Source of the DNA: Bacteroidia bacterium
GTDB lineage: Bacteria; Bacteroidota; Bacteroidia; NS11-12g; UBA9320
Direction of reading: 5' to 3'
DNA length: 64,000 bases
NCBI GenBank assembly: GCA_017857855.1
Contig: JAFMCI010000004.1
Coordinates: 1,665 to 65,664 of the forward strand
In this document: piece after piece, positions 16,156-24,892 of the stretch
How the letters are laid out: every line of letters begins with the position of its first letter
How positions within the stretch are numbered: the stretch's first letter is position 1
Translations under genes and position numbers: made by a program
The notes under the pieces: model-generated
The model's database searches: none
What the model saw: only the letters and a program-made list of their open reading frames with translations
What the model was told of the DNA's origin: nothing

Positions 16156-18630
16156 TTGCTGTCAACCATATTCGTTGAAGCTACTCATATAGTTGGAGGC
16201 GAGATATATTACCAGTTATTAAATGCAACTACCAATTCGTACAGAGTAACAGTCAATGTGTATTTTGATTGCTACAACGGGGATCCTGACGCAATAGATT
16301 CTGATAAAACTATTTTCATCAGTACATGGGACGCAAAAACCAATAACTTTATTTCCGATTTTACCTTAAGAGGATCTGCCCCTAATCGACTTAAAAGCAC
16401 AAACTACGAATGTGTAAAACAGCCAAGTGGCGTATGCACGGATGCTTATGTTTACACGGCTGTTCGAACTATTAATCCAGGGACCAATGGCGTAATTCTA
16501 GCATGGCAACGGTGCTGCAGAAATAACACCATCGACAATATTGTTAGCCCTGAGGCATCTGGATTTACGGCATGGACTGTTATACCACCTAAATCTACCG
16601 CCAATTCCAGTGCATATTTTACAACAGTACCTCCTGTATATATTTGCGTAGACGCTCCGCTTACGCTTCAGCAACCAGCTATCGATCCAGATGGAGATTC
16701 ATTGGTTTATCTTCTCACAACTCCTTATTTAGGAGCCAATCAAAACAGCCCGCGACCTAGTTCTGCTGGTGCATATGACAGACCCCCTTTCTCTGAATTA
16801 AATTGGAGCGCTAGTTATTCTGAGTTTATGCAAATGAAGGGAAGCCCTTCTCTCAACATGAATTCATCTACAGGAGAGATAACAATTACGCCTTCTGAAA
16901 CAGGTCAATTTGTAGTTGGATTTACGGTGCAAGAATACAGAAACGGAAAGCTGATTGGGGAAACCCGCCGCGACTACCAATTTAATGTAATACAATGTGA
17001 ATTTGATATCCTGGCTAATTTTGATATGCCCAACGGTACAACTGTAGGTGGTGCTTATACCTTTGAATGCGGAGATACTGTTTGCATTCGAAATAAAAGT
17101 TATACTAAATTCCCCGCTAAAACTAAATACTTTTGGGACTTTGGTGATCCAACAACTACAAGTGATACCCTTACTACGTTTAGCTTAGCAGGCAATATAT
17201 GCTATACCTACCCGGGAAATGGGAATTACACAATAAGTTTAAAAGCCACTACGTCTATTTGTGAATCCAATTACAAATATGACGTGCGAATACGTTCTAC
17301 CAAGTCATTTGACTTAGGTCCTGACCTCATTTTTTGTGACGACTTTTCAATTAGATTAGATACTAAAACCGCTGACGCAGTCTCTGTAAAGTGGAATACC
17401 GGCCAAACTGGATATCGTATTAACGTAAGTGATACCGGAAGATATGTCGCAACTGTTTCTTATGGAAATTGCAGTTACGTAGATTCTGTTCAATTACGCT
17501 ATGACAAAGTCCCTCCTGTGTCTCTCCCCAGAGATTCACTTCTGTGTGACACCGTTAATGTGACACTAGATGTGGGCGTACCTGGACTTTTTTATCAATG
17601 GAGCACTAGCCCTCTAGACAACAAGCAAACGATAAATGTTCGAGATACTGGCGAATACTCTGTTATTGTACGAAATGCAAACTGTTTTTCGTATGATACC
17701 ATTAGAATTTGGACTGCGACGATACCAGACATCGATGACCAGTTTTATTGCAACGAATTTACGTTTGAAGCTGAGGCTACTTCCATAGAAGAAGCAGAGT
17801 ACAAATGGTCTACTGGTGAAACCACCCAAAAAGTAACACTAACTCAGGCTGATAATTACTGGGTTCAAGTCAAACAAAGGTATTGTGTTAAAACGGATTC
17901 CTTTAAGATAACAAATCCAATCATTAATCTCGATTTGGGAATAGACAGGCATTTTTGTGATAACATTAATCTGGAGCTTGATGCAGGACCTGACGGAATA
18001 AAATACGATTGGAGTAATGGAGCTACTACACAAAAAATAAAGGTGAATGTGCCCGATACATTCAGAGTAACGGTGTATGATGAATATGGATGCAAGGCAG
18101 CTGATTCTGTGATAATAACTGTATCACAATCACCAGAAGTTGACTTAGGTGACGACCTCACTATCTGCGTAAATAGCCCAACCAAAATTGAAGGACCCGC
18201 AGGATATGCGTATCAATGGAATACCGGATCTAAAGACCAGAGCATCACCACTATGGCCCAAGGCAAGTATACACTCAAAATAATAGATCAATTTGGATGT
18301 ATGGCTATGGACAGTTTGTTTATCACCGTAGATCCTGAAGCGCTACCCAACGAACTTAATGTGCCTAGCGCCTTTAGTCCTAATGATGATGGGCTTAATG
18401 AATTATTCCCGTTTGCCCTCCCAGTTTCTCAACCTTCTTATTACATTACCATCTTTTCTAGGTGGGGAGAAAAAGTTTTCGATTCACGAGACGATAGTAC
18501 TAAACCCAATTGGGATGGTTATTATCAAGGAGAAAAAGTTCCAAATCAATTGTACATCTATTTTATGTACTACCGAGGTTGTGATGGTAACGCTCGTACA
18601 GCAAAAGGCAACGTATATCCGCTACGTTAA
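16156..18630 (+). CDS. Cell-surface protein with a T9SS type B (gliding-associated, CHU_C) C-terminal domain
   Basis: N-terminal THIVGGEIYY module, one PKD-like unit (YFWDFGDP...GNYTISL), five tandem Cys modules and a C-terminal AFSPNDDGLNELF...IFSRWGEKVF...NWDGYY...type B CTD. The start is uncertain (see findings). Confidence 0.85.
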   Translation: MLSTIFVEATHIVGGEIYYQLLNATTNSYRVTVNVYFDCYNGDPDAIDSDKTIFISTWDAKTNNFISDFTLRGSAPNRLKSTNYECVKQPSGVCTDAYVYTAVRTINPGTNGVILAWQRCCRNNTIDNIVSPEASGFTAWTVIPPKSTANSSAYFTTVPPVYICVDAPLTLQQPAIDPDGDSLVYLLTTPYLGANQNSPRPSSAGAYDRPPFSELNWSASYSEFMQMKGSPSLNMNSSTGEITITPSETGQFVVGFTVQEYRNGKLIGETRRDYQFNVIQCEFDILANFDMPNGTTVGGAYTFECGDTVCIRNKSYTKFPAKTKYFWDFGDPTTTSDTLTTFSLAGNICYTYPGNGNYTISLKATTSICESNYKYDVRIRSTKSFDLGPDLIFCDDFSIRLDTKTADAVSVKWNTGQTGYRINVSDTGRYVATVSYGNCSYVDSVQLRYDKVPPVSLPRDSLLCDTVNVTLDVGVPGLFYQWSTSPLDNKQTINVRDTGEYSVIVRNANCFSYDTIRIWTATIPDIDDQFYCNEFTFEAEATSIEEAEYKWSTGETTQKVTLTQADNYWVQVKQRYCVKTDSFKITNPIINLDLGIDRHFCDNINLELDAGPDGIKYDWSNGATTQKIKVNVPDTFRVTVYDEYGCKAADSVIITVSQSPEVDLGDDLTICVNSPTKIEGPAGYAYQWNTGSKDQSITTMAQGKYTLKIIDQFGCMAMDSLFITVDPEALPNELNVPSAFSPNDDGLNELFPFALPVSQPSYYITIFSRWGEKVFDSRDDSTKPNWDGYYQGEKVPNQLYIYFMYYRGCDGNARTAKGNVYPLR
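17308..18330 (+). repeat. Five tandem ~65-70-aa Cys-containing beta-sandwich-like modules inside the 824-aa protein
   Basis: The recurrent pattern (D)LG.D...C.......LD.G.....Y.WS.G.T.Q.I.V...G.Y.V.V....C...D(S)..I is seen five times between aa 385 and 725. The repeats are recognisable at the protein level only. Confidence 0.7.
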
Positions 18631-19050
18631 CTTCGCCAAAGCCTGCTTGTCCATATCAAAAGTTAGTTCAGTTAGTAATAGCTGATCAAGTGTTCGCCAT
18701 TCAAATAGATGTATATTATCTCCACCTAGCTTGGTAGGCTGGACGGTGTGCATGTTATCTATTGTATCGGCACTACTTACCCTATAATGTACAGCTATAA
18801 TTTGCTCATCTTTCCTGAAAGCACTTTGAATAAAATTTTCAGTCACATGCAGGAGTTGCTCTATTTTTACGGTGACATCTAATTCTTCCTTAAACTCTCT
18901 GACTAGACATTCTTTAGTCCCTTCACCCAACTCTAATCCACCACCTGGCAGTTTTAACATCTTAAAACCATTGATATTTTCGTTGCTGACTAAAATTTTA
19001 CCTTCTTTTATCCAAATACCATACACGCGTACATTAAATTTGCTGACCAT
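18622..19050 (-). CDS. NUDIX hydrolase
   Basis: Nudix box GGGLELGEGTKECLVREFKEELD. I prefer ATG 19050 (MVSKFNVRVYG...) over the track TTG at 19062. Confidence 0.8.
   Translation of the reverse strand: MVSKFNVRVYGIWIKEGKILVSNENINGFKMLKLPGGGLELGEGTKECLVREFKEELDVTVKIEQLLHVTENFIQSAFRKDEQIIAVHYRVSSADTIDNMHTVQPTKLGGDNIHLFEWRTLDQLLLTELTFDMDKQALAKLT
19035..19042 (+). promoter_or_regulatory. Bacteroidota -7 promoter box TAAATTTG for pyrC, embedded in the Nudix coding sequence
   Basis: Exact TAnnTTTG, 10 nt upstream of pyrC ATG 19053. It lies within codons 3-6 of the divergent Nudix gene. Confidence 0.45.
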
Positions 19051-19052
19051 AT

Positions 19053-20390
19053 ATGCCTTCAATTTTAATCAAAAACGGACTGCTAATTAACGAAAACCAA
19101 CAATTTATAGCTGACATCTATATCGAAAATGGTTTTATAGCAGAAATATCGAAAAATGGAATTAGCCGCAGTGCGGACAAAACCATCGACGCATCAGGAA
19201 AATGGGTAGTCCCAGGCGTAATAGATGACCAAGTGCATTTTCGTGAACCGGGGCTCACCCATAAAGCAGAAATATACACCGAAGCAAAGGCTGCTGTTGC
19301 AGGAGGCACTACTTCCTATATGGAAATGCCAAACACCATTCCCCAAGCCACCACGCAGGAAGAACTGGCCAAAAAATATGCAAGAGCAAACGATTGTTCT
19401 CTGGCCAATTATTCATTCTTTATGGGCGGAACCAATGACAATATTGAAGAGGTACTAAAAACGGATCCCAAAACAGTATGCGGTGTAAAATTATTCATGG
19501 GAAGTAGCACTGGAGACATGCTCGTAGATAATGAAGATACGTTAAGGGGTATTTTTTCGCAAACCCCAATGCTTATTGCTACACATTGCGAAGACGAAGA
19601 AACAATTCGTAGAAATACCGCAAAGTTTGTGGCTAAATACGGTGAAGACATTCCTATGGAAGCTCACCCTATAATTCGTGATGAGGAAGCTTGTTATCTG
19701 AGCAGCAAAATGGCAAGTGACCTAGCCAGAGAATACAATGCTCGTCTTCACATACTACACATATCCACAGCCAAAGAAATCGCGCTTTTTACCAACGCTA
19801 TTCCTCTGTCTCAAAAAAGAATAACCGCAGAAGTATGTGTGCACCATCTCTCTTTTAATGATACGCATTATGCTCAAAAAGGGAGTCTAATAAAATGTAA
19901 CCCCGCTATAAAATCTGAAGCAGACCAAAATGCACTATGGCATGCATTAAATAACGATTATTTTGACATTATTGCAACCGACCACGCACCGCACACGTGG
20001 GAAGAAAAGCAGAACAAGTACACCAAAGCACCAAGTGGTTTACCCTTAGTGCAGCACAGCTTACAACTTATGTTGGAGCATGCTAAGACAGGTAAAATAA
20101 CCGTAAACAAAGTCATAGAGAAAATGTGTCACGCTCCCGCCGACTTATTTGGAATCCAAAAAAGAGGCTACTTAAGGGAAGGGTATTATGCAGACATCGT
20201 AATCCTGAATCCTGAAACACAAGAGACTGTAAGCAAAAATAACATCTTATACAAGTGTGGATGGAGCCCGCTAGAAGGTGAGACATTTACAACCACTATC
20301 GAACAAACAATTGTCTCTGGACACCTAGCTTATTCCTTTGGCAAATTTGACGAAAGCAAAAAAGGAGAAAGGCTCATCTTCAACCCATAA
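19053..20390 (+). CDS. pyrC: Dihydroorotase (cyclic amidohydrolase superfamily)
   Basis: 445 aa with metal-binding motifs VIDDQVHFREPG and IATDHAPH. The overall layout matches Bacteroidota class I dihydroorotases. Allantoinase or hydantoinase cannot be excluded by eye. Confidence 0.75.
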   Translation: MPSILIKNGLLINENQQFIADIYIENGFIAEISKNGISRSADKTIDASGKWVVPGVIDDQVHFREPGLTHKAEIYTEAKAAVAGGTTSYMEMPNTIPQATTQEELAKKYARANDCSLANYSFFMGGTNDNIEEVLKTDPKTVCGVKLFMGSSTGDMLVDNEDTLRGIFSQTPMLIATHCEDEETIRRNTAKFVAKYGEDIPMEAHPIIRDEEACYLSSKMASDLAREYNARLHILHISTAKEIALFTNAIPLSQKRITAEVCVHHLSFNDTHYAQKGSLIKCNPAIKSEADQNALWHALNNDYFDIIATDHAPHTWEEKQNKYTKAPSGLPLVQHSLQLMLEHAKTGKITVNKVIEKMCHAPADLFGIQKRGYLREGYYADIVILNPETQETVSKNNILYKCGWSPLEGETFTTTIEQTIVSGHLAYSFGKFDESKKGERLIFNP

Positions 20391-20393
20391 AAT

Positions 20394-20879
20394 ATGAATT
20401 TCATCAAAATAAACTCACTCCTCCTATTCGTTGTTTTTTCACAGATTTGTTTAGCACAAACAGACTCTACAAAATCAACAAAACCTGTTTTTACAGATTA
20501 TGAAACGCTGGCAGAGTTCCCCGGCGGACAAGATAGTTTAAACTGGTTTATTATGGAAAATCTAGAATATCCCAAAGAGGCATTAGAGAATGATATTTCA
20601 GGAATTGTTTACCTGATGTTTGTAGTTGATAAAAACGGTTATGTAAATGATGTTACCGTTGAAAAAATAAAACTATATCAAGACAAAAAAATCAAGGGTG
20701 CAAAAGGGAGAAAAACACTACGATTAGAAAAAGAGGAAATAATTTCGTCTAATGATTATTGTTTGGGAACGTGCGCAGCAAACCTTTTGGCAAATTCACC
20801 AAGATGGAAACCTGCCACACAAAAAGGTAAAACCGTAAATATGCGATACCGCTTACCCATAAAATACTCTATATATTAA
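20394..20879 (+). CDS. Secreted TonB C-terminal-domain protein
   Basis: Signal peptide followed by AEFPGGQDSLNWFIMENLEYPKEALENDISGIVYLMFVVDKNGYVNDVTV (TonB_C pattern). A Lys-rich ~40-aa insertion precedes the last strands (PATQKGKTVNMRYRLPI). Confidence 0.6.
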   Translation: MNFIKINSLLLFVVFSQICLAQTDSTKSTKPVFTDYETLAEFPGGQDSLNWFIMENLEYPKEALENDISGIVYLMFVVDKNGYVNDVTVEKIKLYQDKKIKGAKGRKTLRLEKEEIISSNDYCLGTCAANLLANSPRWKPATQKGKTVNMRYRLPIKYSIY

Positions 20880-20943
20880 ACTCCGCAGGGGACATCATTT
20901 TTCTCAGAATAAAAATAATACTTTCTCAGTGTATATTCGCCAA

Positions 20944-23772
20944 ATGCACAGAAAGACATTCGCATTAAGCGTTATACTATTATGTGGTTTTACGTGCTTG
21001 GCTCAATATCCCTCTAATCCAGTAAAACCAACTAGTGAAAAGGAGCGCCTAGAGGCCGTTCAACAACGCGAAGAGCTGCAAAAAAAATCGAGCTATTTAG
21101 GCATTGAAGCAACGAATATAGGTCCCACTATAATGAGTGGACGAGTGGTTGACATGGCCATAGATCCCTACGACACCAAACACTTTTTTGTAGCCTACGC
21201 AACAGGCGGTGTATGGGAAACCAAAAACAACGGACAAAGCTTTACTTCGGTTTTTGATGACAATGGATATACGATACATTGTGGCGCACTTGCTGTAAAT
21301 TGGGTAGAGAAAGTAATATATGTGGGAACGGGCGAGGCTAACTCCAGCCGATCTAGTTATGCTGGTTTTGGGGTTTTTAAATGTGATTTTAGCATAAACG
21401 ACCCCCAAGTGTGGAAGTTTTGGGAGTGCCTCGGACTTGCTGCCACACAGCACATTAGCCGAATTATTCTTCATCCTACCAAGACCAATATTATTTACGT
21501 TGCAAGTATGGGCAGCCTTTTTTCTCCCAATAAAGAACGTGGAATATATAAAACGATAGATGGTGGTAAAACCTGGAAACAAACACTCTTTGTTGATGAA
21601 AATACCAGTGCTATTGATTTAGAAATCGACCCCACAAATTCGAATAGACTCTATGCCGCTATGTGGCAAAAAGAACGAAGAGCTTGGAATTTTTGGGAGG
21701 GAGGCAAAAATAGCGGAGTACATATTTCTGAAGACGGTGGAGACACTTGGAACAAATCTGCATCTTTCCCTTCAGGTGAAAACATTGGAAGGATCGGTCT
21801 TAGCGCTAGTGGGAATTCTATTTACGCTTTACTTGATAATCAAGAGCAATACAAAAAAGAAGAAGCTCCCAGTGAAGGATTAACCAAGAAATCGTTTCAA
21901 ACCATGACGCTGGATTCGTTTAAAAATTTGAGTGACTCCTCATTGAATACCTTTCTAAAACAGAATCGATTTCCAGACAAATACAAAGCAAAAGACATTC
22001 AAAAGATGGCAAAAAAAGGCACACTAAAGCCTTATGATTTTTATGAATATCTGCACGATGAAAATGCCGTAATGTTTGAAGATCCCGTGAAAGGCCCCGA
22101 ACTCTATCGTAGCACAGATGCTGGCAAAACATGGACTAAAACACACGAAAATGTTCTCGAAAATGTTTGCTATTCGTACGGTTATTACTTTGGAGTGGTT
22201 GCTGTAAATCCCAAGGACGAAAATCATGTTTTTATAGCGGGTGTACCTTTATTGCAATCAAAGAATGGTGGGTCCAGTTTTACATTTTCGGGTGGCGATA
22301 ATGTGCACGTAGATCATCATTACATCTGGGTAAATCCTGACAATCCTCTTCACCTTATCAATGGCAACGATGGAGGGGTAAACATTAGTTATGATGGCGG
22401 AGACCACTGGACTAAGTGCAACTCTCCAGCAGTTGGGCAGTTTTACACCATTGCAGTTGATAATCAAAAATATTACAATGTTTACGGTGGGTTGCAGGAT
22501 AACGGGGTTTGGAAAGGTCCAAATAATTATAATTACAGCACCTCGTGGCATCAAGAAGGCAAATATCCCTATCAGCGCATTGCCGGCGGCGATGGTATGC
22601 AAATCCAGATAGACAATAGAGACCAAACAGTATATACAGGTTCTCAATTTGGACACTATTACCGCAGAGATGCTAACGGGGGCTATGCCTACATACATCC
22701 TATGCACGACCTGAAAACGGAGAAACTGCGCTGGAATTGGCAGACGCCTATCCTGCTATCCATGCACAATCAAGATATTCTGTATATGGCGAGCAACAAG
22801 TTGCATCGCAGTAGGAATAAAGGCAAAACTTTTGAAGAGATAAGCCCAGACTTGAGTAATGGCAGAAAAGATGGGGATGTGAGCTATGGCACTATTTCGT
22901 GTATATCCGAAAGTAAATTCGAATTTGGATTAATCTATGCAGGCACAGATGATGGCAACATTCAACTTACCAAAAATGAAGGCAAAACTTGGAGCAACAT
23001 ATCACAAAAACTCCCCCAACACCTTTGGGTACGAAAAATTGTAGCTAGCGAACATAAAAAAGAACGTGTGTATGCCCTATTGAATGGTCATACTTGGGAT
23101 CACTTTAATTCCTACATTTACATCTCCGAAGATTATGGAACTACTTGGACACAAGTAGGCAATAATTTACCTGCAGAATGCTTGAATGCACTGAAAGAAG
23201 ATGCAATAACAGAAGATATTTTATACGTAGGATCTGACGCAGGATTATATATTTCGACAGATAGAGGAACTAGCTTTCAAGCATTTAGCAATTTGCCTCC
23301 TGTGGCGATTCATGACTTGGCCATTCAACAAGAGCAAAGAGACTTATTGGTGGGCACCCATGGCAGAAGTATTTATAAGATTCAACTTGAACCTGTTTAC
23401 CAATCTGCTACCTACCTAGATTCGGGCTTTTTATTTTTAAAAATGGATCCGTTAAAATACAGTGAAAACTGGGGTACACTCAGCTATGAATGGAAAGAAA
23501 CCGCACCTAGAAAAGAGGTGGTTTTTTATCTTAGTGAGCGATCTAACGTAACCATAGCAATTACAGATGAAAAAGGAAATCTATTACTTGAAAAAGATAT
23601 TAACGGTAAAAAAGGATTCAATACACATTCTATTGAACTTAAATTTCAAGAAAACCCAAGTAATAACCTTAAGAAAGGAGATCTTGGGAAATACTATCCT
23701 GTAAAAGGCAAGTATATCATCTCCGTAAATAACGGATCTCAAACCTTAGAAAATAGCTTAATGATTCAATAA
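20944..23772 (+). CDS. Secreted BNR/Asp-box repeat beta-propeller protein (sortilin/VPS10-like)
   Basis: About nine Asp-box motifs (TIDGGKTW, SEDGGDTW, STDAGKTW, SYDGGDHW, TKNEGKTW, SEDYGTTW, STDRGTSF and others). The start was moved to ATG 20944 (MHRKTFALSVILLCGFTCLAQ signal peptide) from the track GTG at 20929. Confidence 0.8.
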   Translation: MHRKTFALSVILLCGFTCLAQYPSNPVKPTSEKERLEAVQQREELQKKSSYLGIEATNIGPTIMSGRVVDMAIDPYDTKHFFVAYATGGVWETKNNGQSFTSVFDDNGYTIHCGALAVNWVEKVIYVGTGEANSSRSSYAGFGVFKCDFSINDPQVWKFWECLGLAATQHISRIILHPTKTNIIYVASMGSLFSPNKERGIYKTIDGGKTWKQTLFVDENTSAIDLEIDPTNSNRLYAAMWQKERRAWNFWEGGKNSGVHISEDGGDTWNKSASFPSGENIGRIGLSASGNSIYALLDNQEQYKKEEAPSEGLTKKSFQTMTLDSFKNLSDSSLNTFLKQNRFPDKYKAKDIQKMAKKGTLKPYDFYEYLHDENAVMFEDPVKGPELYRSTDAGKTWTKTHENVLENVCYSYGYYFGVVAVNPKDENHVFIAGVPLLQSKNGGSSFTFSGGDNVHVDHHYIWVNPDNPLHLINGNDGGVNISYDGGDHWTKCNSPAVGQFYTIAVDNQKYYNVYGGLQDNGVWKGPNNYNYSTSWHQEGKYPYQRIAGGDGMQIQIDNRDQTVYTGSQFGHYYRRDANGGYAYIHPMHDLKTEKLRWNWQTPILLSMHNQDILYMASNKLHRSRNKGKTFEEISPDLSNGRKDGDVSYGTISCISESKFEFGLIYAGTDDGNIQLTKNEGKTWSNISQKLPQHLWVRKIVASEHKKERVYALLNGHTWDHFNSYIYISEDYGTTWTQVGNNLPAECLNALKEDAITEDILYVGSDAGLYISTDRGTSFQAFSNLPPVAIHDLAIQQEQRDLLVGTHGRSIYKIQLEPVYQSATYLDSGFLFLKMDPLKYSENWGTLSYEWKETAPRKEVVFYLSERSNVTIAITDEKGNLLLEKDINGKKGFNTHSIELKFQENPSNNLKKGDLGKYYPVKGKYIISVNNGSQTLENSLMIQ

Positions 23773-23808
23773 TTAGAAAGCTACCTGCTAATAACCTATT
23801 ACTAACCT

Positions 23809-23816
23809 TATTTTTG
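23809..23816 (+). promoter_or_regulatory. Bacteroidota -7 promoter box TATTTTTG
   Basis: Exact TAnnTTTG, 14 nt upstream of ATG 23831. I found no comparable box before the sigma, anti-sigma or adhesin genes downstream. Confidence 0.45.
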
Positions 23817-23830
23817 CCCTTCAAACAATC

Positions 23831-24295
23831 ATGCAAGTTACAGAGGCCATATCGATATTCGAAAAAGTAGTTAAAGAACACTTAAACCTTACGCCAGAGC
23901 AAATTCGTTGTGAGAACGACGGCGAATACCTAATACAAAGAGGAGATGAAACGGAGCTATACGTGGATATATGGCAACCTACCGAAACTACGCAATGGCA
24001 GTACTTTGACCGACAAAAGATTGCGGGTATTTTTCAAATTGTTGCACCTATATGCGAATATCCTGCCGATGAGCATTTAGCAATGTTTATGGAAGAATTG
24101 GCACACCTTAATTTTCATCTTTTTTCAGCATCCTTTATTGCTAATTCAGAACAACGCGTAGTAAGCATTCAATTTAAACGGGTTCTTGAAGGCCTAAACG
24201 AAACTGAAGTTATAGAACCATTAGAAGCAGTAGGTTACTATGCAGAGAACCTGAAAGAATACCTTTCAGAAAAGTATCACGTAAAAAAAATCTAA
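23831..24295 (+). CDS. Hypothetical cytoplasmic protein, possibly YbjN / secretion-chaperone-like fold
   Basis: 154 aa, acidic, with no signal peptide. There is a loose resemblance to YbjN-type proteins (LAMFMEELAHLNFHLFSASF...VVSIQFKRVLEGL). The family call is weak. Confidence 0.35.
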   Translation: MQVTEAISIFEKVVKEHLNLTPEQIRCENDGEYLIQRGDETELYVDIWQPTETTQWQYFDRQKIAGIFQIVAPICEYPADEHLAMFMEELAHLNFHLFSASFIANSEQRVVSIQFKRVLEGLNETEVIEPLEAVGYYAENLKEYLSEKYHVKKI

Positions 24296-24346
24296 CCCTC
24301 GGGCAACCTCCCTGTATCTGAGTACATCTAAAGCACATCCAGCGCA

Positions 24347-24889
24347 ATGAGCCCTAGTGAATCACACGATGAAATATCTTTGATTAAAGCTTGCAGCAAT
24401 GGAGACCATAACGCTTTTAAAAAAATTTACGATATACACTCAGGAACCATGTACAGCATTTGCTTACGATATATGACCAACGAAGACGAAGCCAAAGATG
24501 CTTTGCAAGAAGGCTTTATCAAGGTTTTTAATAGCATAGGCAAGTTTCAATTTACGGGTAGTTTTGAAGGTTGGATGAAGCGTATTTTTGTAAATACGAG
24601 CATAGAACAAATTCGCAAACGTAAGTTACACTTTGATGTCTCTGAACTAAATACCAATGAGCTCCCGCTTACTTCCCGAATAGAAACTGGCAAGTTAGAC
24701 GCAGAAAAAATGATGCGCTTAGTGCAACAATTACCTTTGGGCTACCGCACGGTTTTTAACATGTTTGTAATTGATGGATATAGCCACAAAGAAATAAGCG
24801 ACTATTTAAATATTAATGAGAATACTTCAAAATCTCAATTATTTAAAGCACGCAAGCAGTTACAAATTTGGTTAAAGGACTGGTTTTAA
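24347..24889 (+). CDS. ECF-type RNA polymerase sigma-70 factor
   Basis: 180 aa with region 2 (DEAKDALQEGFIKVF, FEGWMKRIFVNTSIEQIRKR) and region 4 (LPLGYRTVFNMFVIDGYSHKEISDYLNINENTSKSQLFKARKQL). Confidence 0.9.
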   Translation: MSPSESHDEISLIKACSNGDHNAFKKIYDIHSGTMYSICLRYMTNEDEAKDALQEGFIKVFNSIGKFQFTGSFEGWMKRIFVNTSIEQIRKRKLHFDVSELNTNELPLTSRIETGKLDAEKMMRLVQQLPLGYRTVFNMFVIDGYSHKEISDYLNINENTSKSQLFKARKQLQIWLKDWF

Positions 24890-24892
24890 ACA

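Noticed and set aside
21097-22707. Long minus-strand ORFs (161, 70, 67 and 149 aa) inside the BNR-repeat gene
   Set aside because: All lie antisense to a 947-aa ORF carrying about nine Asp-box motifs. Their sequences are hydrophobic and low-complexity, and they have no promoter boxes or plausible starts.
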